This document shows positions 13,666 to 27,603 of a stretch of 64,000 nucleotides of DNA, in pieces. Under the pieces are notes generated by a model, which was not told where the DNA came from, did no database searches, and saw nothing but the letters and a program-made list of their open reading frames with translations. The position numbers and the translations under genes were made by a program. How positions within the stretch are numbered: position 1 is the stretch's first letter; the number at the start of each line of letters is the position of its first letter. This DNA comes from Eledone cirrhosa (lineage: Eukaryota), in the NCBI GenBank assembly GCA_964016885.1, contig OZ024743.1, forward strand, positions 169,880,001 to 169,944,000, written 5' to 3'.

Positions 13666-13999
13666 ATATATATATAGGAAGTACTCTTGTCAATATTTTT
13701 GCTACACACACACACAGTTTATTTCAAATATGATGTATGTTTTTTGTTAAGAGTGTTACAAATAAATGATGTAAGTCATGCAGTGTGTTTTAAAGTATTT
13801 ACTATTATGCATGTATTGTATATATTTGTTTATGTTCTCTCTCTGTCTCTCTCTCAATCACCCTCCCTCTCTCTCCCCTTCTCTCTTTCCGCTAGCAATT
13901 TACCAACTTCAGTACTCTTGTTTTGCATTGTTATTGATGTGACTGAGATGTTACTCTAATTAGCATGTTCCTTCACATGGCAATCACCCATAACCTGAT

Positions 14000-14550
14000 T
14001 CCTGACAGCCCTGTTTTCAGTCAAAAAGAGGCTAGTGATCATCAGCAACATGACTCATCAAGCCCTTAACGATATCTTCTAGTTCAATAAATTTGTTGCT
14101 GACCATTTTTGCACAATCAAACCTAGTAGTTCGTTTATAGCCTGGTCCAGTTTTCTCAGTCACTGCAATAGTGCCAAGTCACTTCAAATCCATCCCATCA
14201 CAACCAAGATATTGCAACTATCATCTAATGTCATGTAGTAGTTTCAGGCTATACAGTCATATTTTGTTTGGTACTTCAGAGTTACTTTTTCAGTCCAAGG
14301 AATTTTCAGTATCCAGTGGTAGCCCCACATTTCAAAAGCTATTTTTCTCATAATATACCTAGTCATGAGCTGTACCTCACAACCATATCGGAATACCAAC
14401 CACACATAATCTCTGAGTACCTTAATCTTCATAAAAATATTGAGGTTATTCCACATAAGGTGAGAATTCTGCATGATTGCTTGCTTTGCTATACTCAATC
14501 TACATCAGATTTCCTTAATATCACGGCTGTCAGCATGGTAATAACAATTA
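14000..14550 (-). mobile_element. Old RTE-like LINE RT C-terminal fragment
   Basis: ORF 14244..14498: KIKVLRDYVWLVFRYGCE...AFEMWGYHWILKIPWTEKVT. Confidence 0.7.
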
Positions 14551-15491
14551 TAATTTGAAGTCAGAACTCAAAAACAGAACAGATATGACAAGGTGAGGCA
14601 GGAATATATCTCATCTGTTAATCAAACAATTCTACCAATTCCCTGTCCTAGATTGCTAGTTTATTGTATCAACCTGAAAAGAATGAAAGCAAAGTTGACC
14701 TTGTTGACCATAGCAGGATTTGAATATTGAATGCAGAGGGCTGGAACAAATACCACAAGGTATTTTATCTACAGCTTTGCAAGTAAACTACCAAGAATAG
14801 ATGGAGAAATGCTTGCAGTGGATTTCAAGGTTGATAAAGAAATACCAGTCTAGAACTGGGGTCGATTCTTCCTCTGTGTTTCTTTCTCATTACCTCTCTC
14901 TCACTTTCTATCATTCTCTGAATTCAGACCTTGAGAGGGATGAGCTCCACCAGGTTTAAAATGCCCCCAGAAAGGCGTATGTCAATGCGGTGCCCCTATG
15001 ATCCCACCAGGAGTTACGGGGGGGGGGGGGGGGCATATATTTAGAAATTTGAATGTTGAGTAACATAACAACTGTTGCATTTTTATTCTGATGTGTGGGT
15101 ACAAGAAGAAGATGGGAAAGGTGGTATTGCAATGGAGTGGTTTGGGGTGGGTGGGACCATGAGACAGGGAGCCACTTCTGGTTGTGCATGCTTTAGCACT
15201 ACTAACAGACAATTACAGAGTCTGTTAGTGTGTTGAAAGTCAGTTGTTTATGACCCGTCAACACATGGAAAAGAAGTTGGCCTCTTTTGCTTGCACACAC
15301 ACACACATACACTCATAACCGGGGGGGGGGGGGATATATTTACATAAGATACAGGTCAAGTATATTTTTTAAAAATCAACATCATCTTGAAACTTCACAC
15401 ACTGACAAATTGTTTCTATCACAAAGAACACTACTGAGTGAGTGAATGAGTGAGTAATTGTGTATGTGTGCTTGCTCTCACATACACACAC

Positions 15492-15494
<3 letters not shown>

Positions 15495-15585
<91 letters not shown>
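15495..15585. repeat. (TA)n-(GA)n compound microsatellite
   Basis: Direct reading. Confidence 0.95.
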
Positions 15586-15587
<2 letters not shown>

Positions 15588-16294
15588 TGTATATATAGCA
15601 ATGTGTATACATTTTCTCACACAGCTTTCCACACATACAAACAAACACACATACATATATGATAAGATGAGCAATGACAAAGGACATTTATAATTTATTG
15701 CTAAATTACTGGGTAATGTTGAAGATAAGGTAAAATATATAGGGAGTATATACAGGAAGTGGAGAGGTGGATGTGTACATGTGTTATGTGTGTGTATGTA
15801 TGTTGGCTTGTGTTTGTGTGTTGGGTTAATATCTCTATTCTAATGTATTCATATATAGCAAATGATTCATCATCATCATCATTGTTTAACATCCATTTTC
15901 TACCCTAGCATGGGTTAGACTGGTTATTCCATTAGAAGCAAGCTGGGTCAGGTGACTGTGTCTTGCTCATATAGAACTGTTTCTGGCTAGGTTTCTATGG
16001 CTGGATGCCCTTACTAATGCCAACCATCTAATAACCATCTAATAAACATACACATACACATTGTTGATGGATTCTTATTCACCATTGGTCTGTTTACACA
16101 CACACACACACATACAAACACTCACAGATACACAAAGGTATGCAGACCTATCAAATAGTCATGTTAGATTTTCAAGCAGAAACATACACCTATATTATGC
16201 ACACTCAGAAGACTAGAGATAGATATATGTAGGACATGCATGTACACACATACTCATTTCATGCAGATGTGTGTGTGTGTGAGAGAGAGCTGAG

Positions 16295-16500
16295 AAAAAG
16301 TTCAGTATAAGAGGAATCCAATGTAGTGTGCAAGAGACATTTGTAATGGAGAGTGTGAGTTGTATAAAAAAAACGTGCCAAGTGCTTAAGGTGAATGGAA
16401 GCTATGGGAAAGGATACTAAAAGAGACATGGTATGAAGTTGTGAAGAATGACCTGAAAGACTGTTGGATGATGATTTACTGTATTAGAAAATAGCCAGCC
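16295..16500 (+). mobile_element. Highly decayed RTE LINE 3' fragment
   Basis: CTGAGAAAAAG...ATAAGAGGAATC...TGTGCAAGAGA...TGTATAAAAAA...ACATGGTATGAAG resembles the 2800-3050 region on the opposite strand. Confidence 0.5.
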
Positions 16501-17439
16501 ACTAGTACCAGTACAAGCACAGCATCACTAAAAGTAAATGTGGTGAGAGATTAGGGACTATATAGAGTTGAGAGGTACATTTTAACTTGCAGTGGATGAG
16601 ACAATCTATCTAGTATTTGTGTCATGTTAGGACACTCAATACCCCACTGAAAAGCAGTAATGAATAAACCAAGACAGAGGGTGTAGAGGACCTTTCTGTC
16701 TTATTGAGGATTTGAAAACTTTTCTAGTGTTAGTATCATGATAAAATGCACTGAGTTCACTCTGTCAGGTGGTAGTTCTGGTGCCACAATAAATTGTACT
16801 GAGTACACACTGTAAAGTGGTAGTGCTGGTACTGCAACACTTTGTAAAGTGAGTGGCATTTGGAAATAACCAGCCATAAAAACCATGTTCTCATACCCTT
16901 TGTAAGATGAGTGGTATTAGGAAGAGTAACCAGTCATAGAAACGTTATTCCCAGTACACTCTGTAAAGTGGGTGGCATTAAGAAGAGCAATCCGCCATAA
17001 AAATCTTGCCAAAATGTACAATGCATAAGCAAGATGTAGTTCTTTGATCCATCTAGTCAGAGATTGATGATGATGATGATGAAACATTGACAAATAAAGA
17101 CATACAAGGACAAACACACATAAACAAACTTTCATACACACATTGACATTGACACATTCACTCACTCACCCCACTCATTCAAATATATATATAATTATTA
17201 AGGCCAGTTACTACAACAGCACCATACCAGGTATGTACCTGGTCTGATGCGGTTGTAGTAACTGGCCTTAATAATTATATTCAAACTTGCTCTACAGACT
17301 TCTATACCTTGCATTTCGACCTGTTGTATTGTAATTGTACTTTTAGGTGAAACACTGTGTAAGAAGTAAATCTTGTTGTCAAACGTATTGCCTTCTCATC
17401 CATATATTTTTGTTTATATACATATATGTAAATATAGAA

Positions 17440-17990
17440 GTTGTTCCACAACAGTTAATTGAACATTTGAGAACAATTGTTTCACCTTAGTTGGTTCATT
17501 AGCTTAGTTTAAATGAGATTATATGGGAAAGGAAAAATAATTATACGAATACGCAGAGAGGAGGGAACTCATGTTAGATCGATTTTGGGAGATAACTGTG
17601 AAAACTCAGAATATAGTAGATTATTCACGTTATTCAGTCCAGTGATTATGTTGTGTAGTCAGTCTGGAGCTTTGAAATTACATAATAGGTGTTTTGAAAC
17701 GTGTGAACAACGCGAGAAAAATTCATTCCTTATAGTTAGACAAGCGCTATTACGTCTTCTCCTCAGGATATTGATTTTTTTTCTTCAATGCACAGCCCAC
17801 AAGACGGACTCCCATTTCAAATGGCTCAGACTTAGTAATACCTTTCCATTGAATGGAGTAATCCACGCTTACGTCGTCTGTGGCTTGAGAGCTTGTCCGG
17901 GTATTTGAATGTCGACAGATGATTCAGGAAGTGTTATTTAAACTGGCCCTCTGCCATATCTACATAGGATTTGACCTCTTGTTTTGGTCA
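17440..17990 (-). mobile_element. Naiad-type PLE 3' fragment (GIY-YIG C-terminus, 3' UTR, decayed HHR)
   Basis: Manual translation of the - strand at ~17670-17815 gives SPSCGLCIEEK..ILR...RNEFFSRCSHVSKHLL, like the CxLC...RxE...CxH ends of the other PLEs. Confidence 0.65.
17468..17506 (-). ncRNA. Decayed minimal type I hammerhead (G5A)
   Basis: taag CUAAUGA acc aacuaa ggu GAAAC aauu GUU cuca. Confidence 0.45.
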
Positions 17991-18405
17991 CTTAGAAGTG
18001 ACTACATCGCTGTCTCTCTCTCTCTAAATATACATATATATATATATCATCATCATCATCGTTTAACGTCCATCTTCCATGCTAGCATGGGTTTGGACCG
18101 GAATTTTCCCACTTGAGGCAAGATTGGTTGTCTTGCTCGTATAGGACTGTCTGGCGGGTTTTCTACGGCTGGATGCCCTTCCTAACACCAACCACGTTTA
18201 CAGTGTGGACTGGGAGGTTTTTACCGTGTTACCTACACGGCCACATTACAGCGTGGACTGTGTGTTTTTATATATATATATATATAAAAGAAATAGGATT
18301 TCGCTTCAAGCATAGCTTTATACAATATGGAGATACGAAATATTTATACATAAATATATATATATATATATACATACACGCATATATATATATATATATA
18401 TACAT

Positions 18406-18471
<66 letters not shown>

Positions 18472-18945
18472 CATCATCATCATTATCATCATCATTTTGC
18501 GTCCGCTTTTCCCTGCTTGCAAGGCTTGGGCGGGTCCTATTCAGCACAGCATCTCTCCACTTGTCACGGTCCTTCATACACATATATATATACATTTTTT
18601 GTCTCTATATATTTTTTTCATTTTGTCTTTAATAATTTTCGTGTCTGCTATTTTTGCCACTGAACTGTATCGACATTTTATACATGTGTGTGTGGTGTGT
18701 TGTGTGTGTGTTCATGTACGTGTGTGAGTATATGTATTCATGTCCATATGTGTGTGTGTACATGTATGCATATATGTATATATGTGTGTGTGTATGTATC
18801 CATATGTGTGTGTGTCTGTGTGCATACATGTGTGTAAGCGTGCATGTGTGTGCGTATATGTATGTGTGTATATGTATGTGTATATACATATATATATGTT
18901 TGTATATATGTGTGTGTATATATATATATGTACATATATATATAT

Positions 18946-19194
18946 CTGAAGGCCAGGATCACAAGTGCCTTTAGGGGCCTAAGTCAGGGGACAGTGACGA
19001 AGGCCTGTAGCGGGTTCCGAGGCCGCCTTCAGGCCATCATCGAAGCCAATGGCGGGTTTATCGAGTGGGATCGAAAGAACAAGTCATGAAGACAAACTGA
19101 CCCAAGTTTGATAAAAAAAATCTTAAAAAATAAAACTACTGTGTTATTTTTTCATAGACAGTAATCTTGCGAACAAATATCGTCCGCACCCTGT
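18946..19194 (+). mobile_element. Tc1/mariner DNA transposon 3' fragment
   Basis: LKARITSAF...KACSGFRGRLQAIIEANGGFIE is a typical transposase C-terminus; ends in CGCACCCTG|TA (TIR end + TA). Confidence 0.75.
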
Positions 19195-19212
19195 ATATAT
19201 ACATATACATAT

Positions 19213-19373
19213 AGGAAACTATTTAACCCCAACTGCAGAGCTAAATTCGTCGAAACGACTTGAGCTCTGCCGTTGGGGTTTAACATTTTCCTATTACCCA
19301 CTCTACTACCCTAAGTATTGAGTACTCTGGTGCGTTATAGTCCATCTGGTTCCTTACCACACTTCCTTCGTTA
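19213..19373 (+). mobile_element. Hairpin-terminated short element (half-HHR family), copy 1
   Basis: Terminal inverted arm, then tail ATTACCCACTCTACTACCCTAAGTATTGAGTACTCTGGTGCGTTA...GGTTCCTTACCA shared with 20175-20355, 43921-44068, 47721-47918 and 58688-58820. Confidence 0.8.
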
Positions 19374-19377
19374 TATA

Positions 19378-19551
19378 TACATGGACACACTGGAAGAGGA
19401 AGATCAAGGTTAACGTATGTTGATGCCCTAAGGACAAGCACTGGTCTGTTGGAGGCGCAGGGCATGACAGCGATAATGAGGTACAGAGACCGCTGGAGAG
19501 AACTCGTCCATGCTTCTCGGGAATTTTACCCGCCCTAGATAGATAGATAGA

Positions 19552-19552
<1 letters not shown>
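19378..19552 (+). mobile_element. RTE LINE 3' end with (TAGA)n tail
   Basis: Manual translation HGHTGRGRSRLTYVDAL...RDRWRELVHASREFYPP*, then TAGATAGATAGAT. Confidence 0.65.
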
Positions 19553-19620
<68 letters not shown>

Positions 19621-19626
<6 letters not shown>

Positions 19627-20159
19627 ATATGGGTGAGAAGAGTACTGCTGGTTGCACATGGATAACATGTTATAAAATGAGTCCCTCATCAGTGATTTAC
19701 CAAACGATCATGGGTATTTCATCGCATTAAAAATCATATACCTCACGTTGGAGCGATAATAACTAAAATAAGTTATTAGGACAATAGAAACGCGTAAAGC
19801 GAGTGAGACAAGTAAACAACACAGGGGGGAGCTAACCGAAGATGGAAATAAACACAAGCAACATAGTTATTCTTTCAGCATAAGCTGTGTGAATATATGA
19901 GCGAGTTAGAAACAGACCTTTCGCTAGTGAATCCGGTGTTAGAAAGAATGAAAACTGTTTTCCCAGCGAACGGGAGGAAGAAAGAAGGGGAGAAACAGGG
20001 ACTGTGGGAGTGCGAGGAAGAGGTCAGTAGAGAGAAAGAGTTAACTGACATGGCAGAGGGGACGAAAGAAAGTAAGAGAAACAGAGAGAACGAGGGAGCA
20101 GAAAGAGAGAAACACAGAATTGCAGTTTGGGCAAATATATGAAAATATGGGTGAGAAGA
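19621..20159. mobile_element. ~520-bp non-coding element with terminal direct repeat (family of 45144-45785)
   Basis: ATGAAAATATGGGTGAGAAGA at 19621 and 20139; near-identical body at 45144-45785. Confidence 0.8.
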
Positions 20160-20174
20160 ATAACAACGAAGAAA

Positions 20175-20355
20175 CTGGTAAGGAACCAGATGGACCATAA
20201 CGCACCAGAGTACTCAATACTTAGGGTAGTAGAGTGGGTAATAGGAAAAGGTATGACGCCGACGACAGAGCTCAAGCTGTTTCAACGGCTATTTCAGTCT
20301 AGAAATAGCCGTCGAAACGGCTTGAGCTCTGCCGTCAGGGTCATACCTTTTCCTA
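20175..20355 (-). mobile_element. Hairpin-terminated short element (half-HHR family), copy 2
   Basis: Palindrome 20241-20355 centred on TTTC-AGTCTA-GAAA, with the same tail in reverse. Confidence 0.8.
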
Positions 20356-20443
20356 TATATATATATATACATATTTATATGTATATAAATATATATATGT
20401 ATATATATTAATATATATGTATATATATTAATATATATATACA

Positions 20444-20510
<67 letters not shown>

Positions 20511-20530
20511 GGACACTATATATATATATA

Positions 20531-23500
20531 TTGGATTGGACACTACCGTTTATTTTGGTAGATTTATCTACATACTCTGCTCCTAATTTTATACAGGTGT
20601 TCATATTTTAATATAAATACATATAATTTTACGACTTCTTGTATATATAGTTGAGGTCTCTTTCCTGTCCGTTATCCATGTTACAATGGAAAAACAATAC
20701 CTGGGAACATCTTTAAAGAATATACCGATACCTTCTAAGGATGAATTCTTACTTCTTATGATACAAAAAAATAACCAATTAATCAAGAGTGTCAGATGGA
20801 GGGTCTACCACTTTGATAGAAAAACGAAACGTAATGATAAGAAATACTTGTATTATTTCACCACATATAAGACCCCACCACATAACTCCTTGCTTGAAAA
20901 CTTCGAGAAAGACCTATTTGACTTGATCAAACACCTCAGATTTAAGAAATATAAATCTAATTTTCAAAAGGATCTTGATTCTACCCTATTGGAGCTAAAA
21001 AAATCCACGTCCACTCTGGCAAAACTGGAAATCTATACCACATGGATATTAATAATTATAATGAGTTCATTTCTAAAGAACTCAGGAAAAATTATAAAAA
21101 AACAAATAATGCGGCTCTTACCAATATCAACAACAGAACACAACATAGTAAATAAACTCAATATTGAAGACAGAACTGAACCCTTGGCACTGAAAAAACT
21201 ACACTTTAACCTGAAGGATCACAAATCTAATTTCAACTCTAATCCTTCTATAAGACTTATATGCCCTTCCAAATCAGACATTGGCATCATAAGCAAAACA
21301 TTTTTAGATAGAATTATCCCACAATTAAGAAAATACATTAATTTACCACTCTGGGAAAACACATCCCAAGTAATTACTTGGTTTACTAATATTGAAAATA
21401 AATCCTCTGCTTCATTTCTACAATTCGATATAGATGCATATTATTCCTCTATATCACCCATACTCCTGAACAAAGCCTTGATATTTGCCAAAAATAGATC
21501 AGACTTAACTATGGATGACATCAATATTATCACGCACGCTAGACAAACACTACTTGAATTTCAGAAGGAGTATTGGACCAGAAATACATATAGTAATCTC
21601 TTCGATATAACTATGGGCTCTTGTGATTACCGATCTTGTAGGCCTTTTTCTTCTATTTAACATTAATTCATCTTTTCCCCACCTTAAAGGTGGTTTATAT
21701 CGTGATGACTGTCTTCTTCTATCCACTAATCTTAGCCTATCGGAAATTGAAAGAAAAAAACTTAATAGTCAAAGACTATTATAATCTCACTATTACATTT
21801 GAAAACACCAGTAAAATAGTCAAACTCCTAGATATAACTATGGACCTATCTACAGGTATCTACCAACCTTACCATAAACCTAACCAAAACTTGCATTACA
21901 TACACTCACAATCTAATCACTCTAAAATCTATCCTTAAAAACCTAGCATATAATATCTCACTCAGAATCTCTAACCTTTCATCAAATCATGATGTATTCG
22001 ATAAAAACGTGCCCTTTTATAATGAAGCTTTAGTTAGAAGCGGCCATAAGAACAAATTAGTCTATATACCTTGCACCAATAATATTTCAAACATACAACC
22101 TAATATTACCAACAAACACCAAATGAAAAACCCACACCTAAAAACACCAACCCAAAACTTAATTTCTTTACCTCTTCTCACATAAAAGATAATGACTTTC
22201 AGAAAACCATTCACCCTAAAGCTCTTACATATGTCAACAACATAATTAACAAAATTTATAGTAATCAGATTAAACCAATTAATCTAGCTAAACCAGATAC
22301 ATCATATAAATATAAGAAACAATGTCGAAACCGTAATAGACGGGTTACTTGGTATAATGCTACATTTAATTTACAGATTAAAGACCATATACCTAAAAAA
22401 TTCTTTGCTCTCCTAGAGAAAAATTTCCCACCAAACCATAAATACCATCAAATTTTAAATAGATCTACTGTCAAATTTTCATACTCCACTACCAAGAATA
22501 TACAACAGAATATAAGTGCGTACAACACATATAAGTGTAAAAAAAACATAAATATACAAACAACACATCAAACCAACCATAATAATACTAAAGTAAACCT
22601 AAACGAACCACCTTCTTTACCTATAATAGGTCCCGTAAACTCCACTCCAACTTTGACTAATAATCTCCAAAACAAACAGAGTTCTACTAGCTCCACATCC
22701 CCTAAACTATTGCCCACAAACAACCTGCCTAACCATACTAATCTAATTACAACCCATTCTAAACCATACATATAGATAACACAATTAACTCTCCTGACAC
22801 AATATTTACGAATGGCTGTAACTGTAGAATCAAAAGAAATTGGCCATTAAAGGGAAATTGTCTTATTAATAATATAGTCTATAAATGTGTAGTTAAGGAC
22901 TAAGGACTCCACTCAATCCTATATAGGAGCTACTTCTAACCAATTTAAAGTAAGATTTAATACCCACAAACATAGTTTTAAAAATGCCACATTAGCTAAT
23001 ACAACCTCCTTGGCTGAAGCAATTAATAATTATAGAAAGAAGGATATTGATTACAACCTGACCTGGAGCATGCTCAAAAGGGCCACTCCTTATCAAAATA
23101 GTAGATATGAGTGTAGGTTATGCTCCCAAGAACTATTTGAAATCATGAAATCTAATAATATCCTATTAAATAAGCGACAGGAATTAATTATATCATGCAA
23201 TCATAGAATTAGAAAAAACCTTCAAATACTATAAACTTAATTAATATATACCTTACTCTTATATTTTACGAATTATTATAATTATTTTAAAATTTAGTTT
23301 ACCTATAATTAAATATTTACTACAAAGAATTTCATAATTTTATTTCCCTCTTGCAGCTCACTTTACCTAAAGTTATCTTTAACCTCACTACTTCTTTTAA
23401 CTGCACCCCCTATCTATCACATTCAATACCTAGGATTAGTAAATATAATTAATATCTTTAATATTATGGTTGTTTAGATAAATACACTACTTTTTATAAA

Positions 23501-24513
23501 ATTTTATCTATTTCAGTCTTTCTATATATATTTTTTATTTTTTTTATTTATTTCTTTATTTATCACATCCATAAGAATTAATATAATTTTAACTCTGTAA
23601 GTATACATATCAATTTAATTTTCCTTTTATGTATCTAGTTTCCTTAAAATTTAAACAAGAGTAGTATTTCTCACTAACACTCTCATCCCACAAAAAATTC
23701 TTTTCCCTGTGCTTTTAACAAAATTCTTTAATAACATCAATTTTGGGGTGGAATTCTTCACTATCTCATTAACTTGACCTCATTTTCACCCCTACTTTCT
23801 CGTCCCCATTATTTTCATTCAAAGCATGAATGTACATTCCTCCACACCTAGCATAAAGTTTCTACTAGGTTATTCTATCAACTTGACCTCTAACTTTTCT
23901 ATTGGTCAATTAAATACCTGCTCCCAAACAGACTTTTTGTATTAATACTTTCTTTCAATAAACATACTTCATCATTTCTGAAGATGGCATATATAAGTGA
24001 AGGTATGTATATCTCCTCTGATAATTTGTGATATTATTTTACATACATCGTTAATATGATGGACATACCAACATACACATATATATCCCAGAAACGATCG
24101 TAAAATGATGATTTTTTAATATATGGAACCTGTTCTTTGTTTTTATTATTTTATATATATGTATATATATATATACATATATACATATATATAATAGAAT
24201 ATAAATGTATATATATATATAAAGATATGTATATATATATATATAAAGATATTTAGTCAGTTTCTACATGCTGTCGAAATGTTGGATAAATATTCTATTG
24301 GGGCCACCGCGAAGAGGCCACTTTCGGTTATTTGTCGGAGATTTCTTCATAAGAGCCTTTCTTCTTATAGCTTGGTCTAATTGATTTTTTATATGGTTAA
24401 TTATGCTAATTAGAAGAGGAAATAGTATATATTTTATCTAATAATTCTAAGGACATGATTTATGATGTATATATATATATGTATATATATACACATATAT
24501 ATATATACATATG

Positions 24514-24554
<41 letters not shown>

Positions 24555-24603
24555 GTATATATATATACACATATATATCTATACATATATATATATATGT
24601 ATA

Positions 24604-24656
<53 letters not shown>

Positions 24657-24885
24657 GCATATATATATATACATATATATATATATACTTTTTTTGTTTA
24701 ATATAAGGAACTGTTTCATTGTTTTATTCATTATTTTTTTAACATTTTATCTTGACTCTGTATTCCGTTTATCTTTCACGGAAAGTGATTTTTGAATGCA
24801 TCTCTTCTTTCCATGATATCCGGATTACATTGAGTTCTTCATACGGATTGGACACTACCGTAAACTTTTGGTAGATTTATCTACA
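20531..24885 (+). mobile_element. Near full-length Naiad-type Penelope-like element (frameshifted RT + GIY-YIG) with partial direct pLTR
   Basis: ORF 20686..21660 (KNIPIPSK, RWR, LKDHK.NF..NP..RLICPSKSDIG, FLQFDIDAYY, FDITMGS); GGLYRDD at ~21688; CNCRxxxx(W)PL at ~22817; GIY-YIG C-terminus 23010..23234; GGATTGGACACTACCGT...TTTTGGTAGATTTATCTACATA at both 20533 and 24845. Confidence 0.9.
23969..24111 (+). ncRNA. Type I hammerhead ribozyme in the Naiad pLTR, long stem II
   Basis: UCAUCAUUU CUGAAGA ugg..~100 nt..cca GAAAC gauc GUA AAAUGAUGA; 9-bp stem I, palindromic stem III ACGAUCGU. Confidence 0.85.
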
Positions 24886-25029
<144 letters not shown>

Positions 25030-25346
25030 TATATACACATATATATACATATATATATGCATATATATATATATACATATATATATACACATATATATAC
25101 ACATATATATATACATATATATATATGCATATATATATATATATATGTTGTTATACTTGGGGAGGGTCATATTTGCGTAATATTGCCAGAATTAATAACA
25201 GAACACACTCACTGTTTGGTTGGTTTTCGCTTCTCGCTGTCTTTTATATCTGCGATCTAACTTACTCGGTCCTCAATGTTGCCATTGACTGACCGACGGT
25301 CAAAAATAATACAGATACAATATAGACACAAACACATATATATAGT

Positions 25347-25398
25347 TTACATAATTTACATAAATCTTTCGTTGCACATCTGCAACATCGTCAGTGGT
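25347..25398 (-). ncRNA. Possible decayed hammerhead in a ~290-bp TA-flanked insert (25147-25435)
   Basis: CUGACGA u GUUGCA gaug UGCAAC GAAA gauuua ug uaaauu; stem I and cleavage triplet imperfect. Confidence 0.4.
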
Positions 25399-25464
25399 GT
25401 TATATTTTTTTCCTCCTGTTGTGTTGTATGTCTACATATATATACATATATGTATATATATATA

Positions 25465-25540
<76 letters not shown>

Positions 25541-25620
25541 TATACATATGTATATATACATATATACGTATATATATATGTATATATACATATATATATA
25601 TGTATATATACATATATATA

Positions 25621-25651
<31 letters not shown>

Positions 25652-25797
25652 GTATATAGAAACCTATATATATATGTATATGGCTGAAACAGGTAAAAGA
25701 GTATATATATATATATGTATATATACATATATGTATATATATATATACATATATATATATGTATATATACATATATGTATGTATATATACATATATG

Positions 25798-25831
<34 letters not shown>

Positions 25832-25857
25832 TGTATATATATATATATACATATATA

Positions 25858-25903
<46 letters not shown>

Positions 25904-25905
25904 TG

Positions 25906-25949
<44 letters not shown>

Positions 25950-26029
25950 TGTATATATATATACATATATGTATATATATATACATATATATATATATGT
26001 ATATATACATATATATATGTATATATACA

Positions 26030-26079
<50 letters not shown>

Positions 26080-26081
26080 TG

Positions 26082-26114
<33 letters not shown>

Positions 26115-26260
26115 GCATATATATTAGAAAGTGAGGTTTTTTTTACAAAATGAAAAATAACCGAGGTGTCCTACACGAGTGAAAGTATAAAGAAAAAAAG
26201 ATGAAATCGAAAATGCAACTGGAGTTTTATTTTTTTAAAAAATATATATATATTTATTGG

Positions 26261-26300
26261 TTCCTTTACCGGTTTCGCAGTTCTTCTGCTTTTCAAAAGT
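26261..26300 (-). ncRNA. Minimal hammerhead with U3-A8 variant core (Neptune 3' pLTR)
   Basis: cuu UUGAAAA GCAG aagaa CUGC GAAAC cg GUA aag. Confidence 0.7.
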
Positions 26301-27603
26301 AGAGTTGAGATGGAGGGTCTCTGGTTTTTCTCACATCTGGTTGGTCTCTGAATGTTACTTGTTTTATATGGAAAAAGTGGCTCGAAATGCCAGGTTTTTC
26401 GAGAAGTAATTTGATTGGTTGGTCAATAATTATAATAAATTTCGCGCCAGTTCCCGTTACAATAGTTCTTCAAATAAGAGGGGGGGGGTCGTCACAGGTT
26501 ATTTTTTCATATATGAGTGTTTGAATTTCTTTTTACTTGAAAAAGGGGGCTCACGAAGGCTTTTTTTTTTTTTTAAATAAGCGTAATTTGATTGGTTATA
26601 AATGAAATTATGGCTGTCACGGGAACAAGTTTTCTTTAAATTTTCGCGCCCTTGTTTGTAAATCCATTCTGTAGCCTTTTTAGAGAATTTTATGATAAGT
26701 AAAAGATAATTGTCAAGAGAAATAGGATGGGAGAATTGTTTTGGTTCAGTGAATATGGTTAGTTCGCTGGGGTGTCAGAATTCAGATTTTCTATTGAATA
26801 AAGAAAGTAAAGATATGTATGTTTATTTGTGTGCTTGTGTGTGTGTGTGTGTGTGTGTTTGAATTTCTTTTTACTTAAAAAAAGGTGGCTCACGAAGGCT
26901 TTTTTTTAATAAACGTAATTTGATTGGTTATAAATGAAATTTGGCTGTCACGTGAACAAGTTTTCATTACATTTTCGCGCACTTATTTTGAAATCTATTC
27001 TGTAGCCTTTTTAGAGAATGTTATGACAAGCAAAATATAGTGGTCAAGAGAAATGAGATGGGAGAATTGTTCTGGTTCAGTGAATATGGTTTGTTCGCTG
27101 GGGTGTCAGAGTTCAGATTTTCTATTGAAGTAAAGATATGTATGTTTATTTGTGTGTGTGTGTGTGTGTGTATTGGACGATGATTCTATTAGTAGAAATG
27201 GGGGAGGGAGTTGTGTGGTTATGGATGTTATGTGTGTGTGCGAGTATGTTAAGATGGAGAGAATATATATTTTGTGTGTGTGTATATATGTGTGTAGGAA
27301 AGTGGTTCTATTAGTAGAAATGGGGGAGGGAGTTGTGGGTGTGGGGGTTGTTATGTGTGTGGGAGTATGGTTAGCATGTTAAGATGAAGAGAATATTTAT
27401 ATATATTGTGTGTGTAGGAAAATGATTCCTTTAGTAGGAATATTTTTGAATGAACATATTTTCCTTACTTATTCGTATTTGTTCTGTTGTATTGTCAGTG
27501 CAAACGTATGTTAAGGTTTATTTAGTTCGGGTTTTTATTTTCTAAAGTAGAAGGTTTTATGTGTGTGTGTGTATGTCATATTATGGTGTTGACATAATGT
27601 ATA

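Noticed and set aside
22810-22870. Selenocysteine (UGA) recoding, known in some Naiad elements
   Set aside because: Cys positions checked at ~22817, 33050, 51155 and in ORF 56061..56627 are Cys codons or sense substitutions (TGG, CGT), not TGA
24295-24360. AUGAAGA...GAAA GUGGCC..GGCC on the minus strand as an HHR
   Set aside because: Core mutated, no convincing stem II or UH triplet
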